From contig CAUYUJ010000072.1 of NCBI GenBank assembly GCA_963575745.1, positions 1 to 64,000 of the forward strand: a stretch of 64,000 bases of DNA, written 5' to 3'. This stretch comes from Prorocentrum cordatum (taxonomy: Eukaryota). The notes under the pieces are model-generated. The model searched no databases. It was not told where the DNA came from and saw only the letters and a list, made by a program, of their open reading frames with translations. Positions 56,605 to 64,000 of the stretch are shown here, piece by piece; positions within the stretch are counted from its first letter, which is position 1; each line of letters starts with the position of its first letter. A program made the position numbers and the translations under genes.

Positions 56605-58467
56605 TTTTTCCCAACCATCCTGTGGTGTTGGGTCCTCGTTTTGAAGAGACAGCGCCCCGCGTCCCACCTCCTCTCCTCCTCTCTCCTCTCCTCCGCCGTC
56701 CGCATGCGTCCCGCACACCCATTTCGGCACACCCCTCACACGCTTCGTGGCCCCATAGGGAGCTCCACCGAAGGCCCCAGTGCTGCCGTCCGCATGCGTC
56801 CCGCACACCCATTTCGGCACACCCCTCACACGTTTCGTGGCCCCACAGGGAGCTCCACCGAAGGCCCCAGTGCTGCCGTCCGCATGCGTCCCGCACACCC
56901 ATTTCGGCACACCCCTCACACGTTTCGTGGCCCCATAGGGAGCTCCACCGAAGGCCCCATGGCTGCCGTCCGCATGCGTCCCGCACACCCATTTCGGCAC
57001 ACCCCTCACACGTTTCGTGGCCCCACAGGGAGCTCCACCGAAGGCCCCAGTGCTGCCGTCCGCATGCGTCCCGCACACCCATTTCGGCACACCCCTCACA
57101 CGTTTCGTGGCCCCATAGGGAGCTCCACCGAAGGCCCCAGTGCTGCCGTCCGCATGCGTCCCGCACACCCATTTCGGCACACCCCTCACACGTTTCGTGG
57201 CCCCACAGGGAGCTCCACCGAAGGCCCCAGTGCTGCCGTCCGCATGCGTCCCGCACACCCATTTCGGCACACCCCTCACACGTTTCGTGGCCCCATAGGG
57301 AGCTCCACCGAAGGCCCCATGGCTGCCGTCCGCATGCGTCCCGCACACCCATTTTTCACACGTTTCACACCCCTCACACGTTTCCCCACTCCACCGAAGG
57401 CCCCCGTCCGCATGCGTCCCGCACACCCATTCGGCACACCCCTCACACGTTTCGTGGCCCCATAGGGAGCTCCACCGAAGGCCCCATGGCTGCCGTCCGC
57501 ATGCGTCCCGCACACCCATTTCGGCACACCCCTCACACGTTTCGTGGCCCCACAGGGAGCTCCACCGAAGGCCCCATGGCTGCCGTCCGCATGCGTCCCG
57601 CACACCCATTTCGGCACACCCCTCACACGTTTCGTGGCCCCATAGGGAGCTCCACCGAAGGCCCCATGGCTGCCGTCCGCATGCGTCCCGCACACCCATT
57701 TCGGCACACCCCTCACACGTTTCGTGGCCCCACAGGGAGCTCCACCGAAGGCCCCAGTGCTGCCGTCCGCATGCGTCCCGCACACCCATTTCGGCACACC
57801 CCTCACACGTTTCGTGGCCCCACAGGGAGCTCCACCGAAGGCCCCATGCTGCCGTCCGCATGCGTCCCGCACACCCATTTCGGCACACCCCTCACACGTT
57901 TCGTGGCCCCATAGGGAGCTCCACCGAAGGCCCCATGGCTGCCGTCCGCATGCGTCCCGCACACCCATTTCGGCACACCCCTCACACGTTTCGTGGCCCC
58001 ACAGGGAGCTCCACCGAAGGCCCCAGTGCTGCCGTCCGCATGCGTCCCGCACACCAGGTGTGTGGCGTGCCGACATGGGCGTCGCGGCGCGCGGGCGCTG
58101 CCGTCGGGGTTCCCAGGGAAGCCCCCTGCAGAGGCGACGCTCAGAGTCACGAGTACCGAGAGTCACGCAGACCCAAACTGTTCACAGTCGTATACATACA
58201 TTTACACTGGGCGTATCCATGCACGCATTCATGCGAATAGAATCAATCGCGCGCAGATTCATTCATAATCAGACTCGCTCGCGATCCGACTCGCACGCGC
58301 TCAAGCTTTCATATTCGGACCTATCGTCTTCGTTCGTGTTGTGTACACTGCCACGCATTTCGGCACACCCCTCATACGGCTCGTGGCCCCATAGGGAGCG
58401 CCACCGAAGAAGATATTCACAATTGCGGTACTCTCAACTGCATATGGTTGGGTCCTTCGCCAGGCTA
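56605..58467 (+). mobile_element. Helentron/DINE-1-like element, copy 4 (highly homogeneous 90-bp array)
   Basis: Head and tail nearly identical to copy 1; array 56695-58055. Confidence 0.8.
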
Positions 58468-58619
58468 ATTACTTAACAGCTTTTGCTGATAGGTTTCTAG
58501 TGGGGTCAAAAGAGAGCAGCAAATGACTCCACAGGGGGGTCGGGGCGACATCCGGGGAGCTGTGTCCGAACTCGTGTCCGAATGCGCTTTTCGCAAACAG
58601 TCACACACACACCGTGCTC

Positions 58620-58880
58620 TTCGACCTCCCAGAACTCCATTCCCGGGCCACATTCTGAATGCCTGGAGCCAACTGTAGGCCACTTCGTGGTCTTCGAGTT
58701 CCCAGAACTCCATTCCAGGGCATGATTTTGAATGCCCGGAGCCAACTGTAGGCCACTTCGTCTCTTCGAGTTCCCCGAACTCCATTCCTGGGCATGATTT
58801 GAGTGCCCGGAGCTAATTGTAGGCCACTTCGTGTTCTTCGAGTTCCCAGAATTCCCATTCCCGGGCCACATTTTGAATGC
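58620..58880. repeat. ~73-bp tandem repeat (about 3.5 units)
   Basis: gaactccattcc...tgtaggccacttcgt recurs. Confidence 0.85.
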
Positions 58881-59677
58881 TGAGGCAGGCTGAGGCTGCT
58901 GAGGCTGAGGCTGAGGCTGAGGCTGAGGCAGGCTGAGGCTGAGGCTGAGGCTGAGGCTGAGGCAGAGGCTGAGGCTGAGGCTGAGGCTGAGGCTGAAGGC
59001 AGACTGAGGCTGAGGCTGAGGCTGAGGCTGAGGCTGAGGCTGAGGCTGATGCTGAGGCAGGCTGAGGCTGAGGCTGAGGCTGATGCAGGCTGAGGCTGAG
59101 GCAGGCTGAGGCTGAGGCCGAGGCTGAAGGCAGACTGAGGCTGAGGCTGAAGCAGGCTGAGGCTGAGGCTGAGGCTGAGGCTGAGGCAGGCTGATGCTGA
59201 GGCAGGCTGAGGCTGAGGCTGAGGCTGATGCAGGCTGAGGCTGAGGCAGGCTGAGGCTGAGGCCGAGGCTGAAGGCAGACTGAGGCTGAGGCTGAAGCAG
59301 GCTGAGGCTGAGGCTGAGGCAGGCTGAGGCTGAGGCTGAGGCAGGCTGATGCTGAGGCAGGCTGAGGCTGAGGCTGAGGCTGATGAAGCAGGCTGAGGCT
59401 GAGGCAGGCTGAGGCTGAGGCTGAGGCTGAGGCTGAGGCTGAGCTGGACTGAGGCTGAGGCTGAAGCAGGCTGAGGCTGAGGCAGAGGCAGGCTGAGGCT
59501 GAGGCTGAGGCAGGCTGATGCTGAGGCAGGCTGATGCTGAGGCTGAGGCTGATGCAGGCTGAGGCTGAGGCAGGTTGATGCTGAGGCTGAGGCTGAAGGC
59601 AGACTGACGCTGAGGCAGAGGCAGGCTGAGGCTGAGGCTGAGGCAGGCTGAGGCTGAGGCAGGCTGAGGCTGAGGCT
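58879..59677. repeat. (GGCTGA)n degenerate microsatellite
   Basis: Direct reading. Confidence 0.97.
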
Positions 59678-59844
59678 GTGACTGCGACTGCCGTTGCCAC
59701 TGCGACTGTCATCGCGAATGCGACTACGATATGCTTCCAGATATGCTCCTACACATCGCTGTTAGGTTGCTTTGCCGGGATAATTTTTGGTATACCGGCC
59801 TATCCTCGACATTAGCGTCATTGTGGCATGTTGGCATATACTTC

Positions 59845-60160
59845 GACTCCCCCGCACCGACCAGCTCGCCGACTCCCGCACCGACCAGCTCAGAGACTCC
59901 CGCACCGACCAGTGCACCGACTCCGGTACCGACCAGCTCATCGACTCCAATGCCGACCAGCTCACCGACTCCAGGGCCGACTCAGCTCTCCGACTGCCGC
60001 GCCGACCAGCTCTAGGACTCCCGCGCCGACCAGCCCACCGTCTCCAGCGCCGACCAGCTCATCGACTCCAGTGCCGACCAGCTCACCGACTCCGGTGCCG
60101 GCCCCAGCTCTCCGATTCCTGCGCCGACCAGTTCGCCGACTCTTAGCTCGACCAGCTCGG
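59845..60160. repeat. 24-bp minisatellite ccgaccagctcaccgactcc(cgcg); related copy at ~56335-56540
   Basis: Direct reading; one frame gives PTSSPTPA repeats. Confidence 0.85.
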
Positions 60161-61214
60161 GGGTGCTCGATTCTGAGTCCGATTCTGAGTCCGCTGCTGG
60201 CACCCGTCGCCTGAGCCGATCCTTTATTTAGGAGTTTGCATGGAGTAATGCTGTACTAGGTCCTCCCTTCTCGTCTCTTTCCCCCCTGCGGTGCGCTGGC
60301 TGACCCTGCTGGGGTCGGCCAGCGTTCGGCCTCTTCGGCCTCCTTGCCGCCGCTGCCGCCGCCGTTGCTCCTGCTTCCCCCCTCCTCCCTTCTGTTCTGT
60401 GCACGCTCTCGGCTTCTACGCCATAGTCTCTTTCAAAACGACTGTCTCGTTCAAAACGACTGTCTCGTTTGTGCAGTGCTGCTTTGGCACTGGCTCGCCA
60501 GCGGCTGTCGCCCAGCGATCACACCATTCGACGCGGATGGTTGTTCAATACCTGTCATTTTCCTTCTCGTTCTCCTTCTTCTCCCCTTTTTTCGGTCGGG
60601 CCTCTCCTCGTGTTGTGGCTGTCTTTTTCGCTTTTCCTTTTTGCGTAGACGCTGTATGGGTAATCCGCAGCATCCGCATTGCCTGCTTGCCTGTCTGTCC
60701 TGTTTTACTTGCGCCTCCGCTTGCCAGTGTCGCTTGCCCGCTTTGCTGGCAGTCCGTGGTTGCGACTGAATGCAGGCCTGTGGCGAGTGCAATTGCGCCG
60801 CTAGGGAAGCGTCGCGGTGTCGTCTCGTGACCGGCCGCACCGAGTGCGTGGCCCAATTGTCCATGCGCACGCACTGGACCACTCCAGTCGGGCGGGACTA
60901 GGACAGCAGCTATCGGCCACGCGGCTGGGACAGTTACTTGCTTTTAGGGGCCGAGTTTCGTGACATAAGTTTCGGCTGACTCGGCAGCCGAGGGCGGATG
61001 CACAGAATTTTCTGCTTGGTGGAGTCTTCTTCCCATCAGTTGGGAAGCCGGCAGTCTTCATCGTTCTAGGAAAAAAATGAAGAAGAGTTGTCCTCCTTGC
61101 TACCCTGGCGCGCACATGGGGCCCCAAACCCATTCCGCAAGCGTGGCTTGGAAGGTACTCTCGGGCAGTTAGCATTGTGCTGCAGTTATTTAGTGGGCGG
61201 TTTGGCCAACCTGT

Positions 61215-62286
61215 CCTGGCGAAGGGGCACGACCACGAGCAAGCAGGAGTACTGCAAGGCAGGTGGGACGACGGAGGGGGAAGCTCCCAAGGGGGCCACG
61301 AACGTGTGAAGGGTGTGCCGAAATGGGCTGGGGGACACATGCGAACCTTGCCAATCTCTGTGAGGCCACGAAGCGTGTGGGGGCCGAAATGGGCGGGGGG
61401 GCGCATGCGAACGTTGCCGCAGGAGCCTTCGGTGGAGCTTCCTGTGGGGCCACGAAACGTGTGAGGGGTGCGCCGAAGTGGACTGGGGGACGAACGCGAA
61501 CCCTGCCACCAGAGCCTTTGGTGGAGCTCACTGTGGGGCCACGAAGCCTGGGAGGGATGTGCCGAAGTGGGTGGGGGTTCGCATGCGAACCCTGCCACAG
61601 GAGCCTTCGGTTGAGCGCTCTGTGGGGCTACGAAACGTGGAAGTGATGTGACGAAGTGGGCGGGTGGCCGCAAGCGAACCCTTGAACTGTAGCCGTCGGT
61701 GAAGCTCCTTGTGGCAATGTGGGAGGGATGTGCGAACATGGTCGGGGGGACGCATGCAAGTCCTGCCACAAGAGCCTTCGGTTGAACGCCTCTTGGAGCC
61801 ACGAAACGTGTGAGGTGTGTGTGTGTGTGTGCTGGAATGGGGGAACCCTGCCGCACGAGCCTCGTGGGGCCACGAGGCGTTCGAGGGGTGTGCCGAAATG
61901 GCCTGGGGGGCGCATGCGAACTCTGTCGCAGGAGTCTTCGGTATGCAGCCCCCTGTGGGGCCACGAAACGTGTGAGGTGCGTGCTGAAATTGGGACGCCT
62001 GCCGCGCGAGCCTTCTGCGGAGCCCCCCGTGGGGCCACGAAGCGTGCGAGGGGTGTGCCCAAATGGCCGGGGGGACGCATGCGATTCCTGTCACACAGGC
62101 CTTCGGTGGAGCTCCTGATGGGGCCACACAGCGTGTGAGTGGTGCTGACCTGGACGTGCGGAGGGCGTGGACGTGCGGAGGGCAGAGGCCGGGATGGGAG
62201 GAGGGAGGAGGGAGGAGGCGAGGTGCGTGACGCGGGGCGCTGTCTTCTCGAAGCGAGGACCCACCCACCACCACAGGATGGTTGGG
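61215..62286 (-). mobile_element. Helentron/DINE-1-like element, copy 5 (degenerate array)
   Basis: cctggcgaagg at 61215; head gaggaccca...caccacaggatggttggg ending 62286. Confidence 0.65.
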
Positions 62287-62513
62287 ACACGGTGGACGGA
62301 GACGTTGGAGGCGAAAGGGGGCAGAGAAGCCACGGGCAGGACGAGCAGGAAGCAACAAAGGGACATGAATCACGACCGCAGCAGGAGGAGCAGTGCGGAG
62401 GAGGGGGTGGTGGCGCCAGGGCGGCAGAGGCGCACGAGTGGAGGCAGCGGTGACGGGGGCGGCGACAGTGGCCTACGATACGCTGCGGTGTCATTTTGTG
62501 TTGCCTGTCTACC

Positions 62514-62726
62514 ATGATGGGCCTGTTTTCCACCACCACCACCACCATAAGTTGGAGGAGGAGGGGGTCCTCCTCCTCATCCTCATCCTCCTCCTCCTCA
62601 TCCTCCTCCCCATCATCATTATCCTCATCCTTATCCTCATCCTCGTCCTTCTCCTCCTCCTCCTCCTCCTCCTCCTCCTTCTCCTCTCCAACTTATGGTG
62701 GTGGTGGTGGAAAACATGTCCATCAT
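62514..62726. mobile_element. Palindromic MITE family, copy 3
   Basis: atgatgggcctgttttccaccacc...ataagttggag is inverted to ctccaacttatggtgg...aaaacatgtccatcat. Confidence 0.8.
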
Positions 62727-62974
62727 ACCAGCCAGCGAACATGTTGTTTGGGACATCGAGCTGTTCAACTCCCCCCGCTGGACGGACACAGATGCTTGGC
62801 ATTGTAGCTTGAGCTTGGCGGGGGGATGGCCGAACACCCCCATGCAATCGGCATAATCAGCGCCGCACGTATGTATTCTTGACGCTTCGCATATCTCCAC
62901 CAGCCCATGCAGAACCAGATCGCCAGGCGAGTTGCCGTGATCAGAGCACTGTAGAAGCATGCAGTGTGACAATT

Positions 62975-63640
62975 GCCTTGGAAGCGTTTTCTCGGAGGTC
63001 TCCTGGGGCCATCTTGGGACTCTCTGAGGGTCATCGCGGAGCCTCTTGGGGCACTCTTGAAGCCCTTTCTGAGCTTTCTTAAGGATTTCTTAGTGTTCTC
63101 TTGGGGCTCTTTGGGGGGGTCTGAGAGACCTCTTGGGGCCGCCTTGGGCCCCATGGCTCAACGAGAGGAGGGTAATGAATTCAGCCCTCCTGGAGGCTCA
63201 AACGTGATATCGTGATGCCTTCTTGGGGCGCTCTTGGGCTCGCTTGGGGCCCTCTTGGACCCCTCTTGGGGCTCTCTTCGGTCGTCTTGGGGCCACCTTG
63301 AGGGCTCAAGCGCCCATCGGAAGCGACAAGGCGAAACGGCAACCACTATTGATGTTCCATAGGTGTCTGAAGGATGTTGGTTTCTTCAGGGGACCTTGGA
63401 GTGCCCAGAGGGCACTTGAACACTTCTTGGGGGCGTCTTGAGGGAGGCCTCTTGGATGTGTGTCGGAGGCTATCTTGACTCATCTTGGGGTATCTTGAGC
63501 CATCTTGGAGGCCATCTTGAGCTCCCTGAGGCCCTCTTGGAGCCATCCTGGGCCACCTTGGGCGCTCAAACTACCCGCCCCCCCTTCCCCCCTCCCAGGC
63601 CCAGGGGAGGGGGTAGGGGGAGGGGTCAAGTTACCCCCTC
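62975..63640 (+). repeat. TCTTGG-rich repeat family, copy 3
   Basis: Blocks cccatcggaagcga, tgtcggaggctatcttga and ccaggggagggggtagggggagggg. Confidence 0.75.
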
Positions 63641-63767
63641 CCCGCCCGCAAGCCGTCTCGCTCACTCCCACCCGCCCCCCGAAAAGGACAAATCTAGCAC
63701 CCGAGTGCTGTCCCGAGCCCTCAGCATATATTCTGCAGTCGCCTTGATGGGGCACTACTGGGGCCAA

Positions 63768-63792
63768 TCCGCCCGCCGCCGACGCCGCCTCC

Positions 63793-63824
<32 letters not shown>

Positions 63825-64000
63825 CGCCGGCCGCCGCCCGCCGCCTGCCGCCGCCTCACAGCCGGCGCCGCCGCCCCGCCGCCGCCGCCGCCGTGCGCGC
63901 CGTTGCCCCCCGCCTGCCATACCGCCGCAAAAGCCCCCCCCCGTTGCCGCTGCCGCCACCCCTCCGCCGCCCGCCGCCCCCCGCCCCCGCCGGCCCCCGC
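63768..64000. repeat. (GCC)n low-complexity tract
   Basis: Direct reading. Confidence 0.9.

Noticed and set aside
56695..58055. CRISPR-like regular array (also 21241-22660 and 45440-46550)
   Set aside because: Units are near-identical end to end with no unique spacers and no cas genes; these are tandem satellites.

Overview
GC-rich, repeat-saturated eukaryotic DNA (dinoflagellate-like by its transposon content; inference) with no recognisable host gene. The main feature is a complete, apparently young 15.7-kb tyrosine-recombinase (DIRS-order, PAT/Ngaro-type) retrotransposon at 4859-20526, bounded by split direct repeats A1...B1-A2-B2. Its ~13.9-kb coding region reads as one ~4,600-codon polyprotein broken at three short spots. 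Domain order: membrane-protein-like N-terminus, Gag-like region with CCCH finger, putative cysteine protease, C5 DNA methyltransferase-like domain with intact motifs, RT, RNase H, a second degenerate C5-MTase-like domain, and tyrosine recombinase. The B/A junction folds into a strand-specific hairpin, and both flanks mimic it. The rest of the window holds three decayed LINEs, five copies of a Helentron/DINE-1-like element carrying 90-112-bp tandem arrays (one with a matching empty site in the window), several MITEs, a dispersed TCTTGG-rich repeat family, minisatellites and long microsatellites. All domain calls are by eye from motifs; no searches were run.
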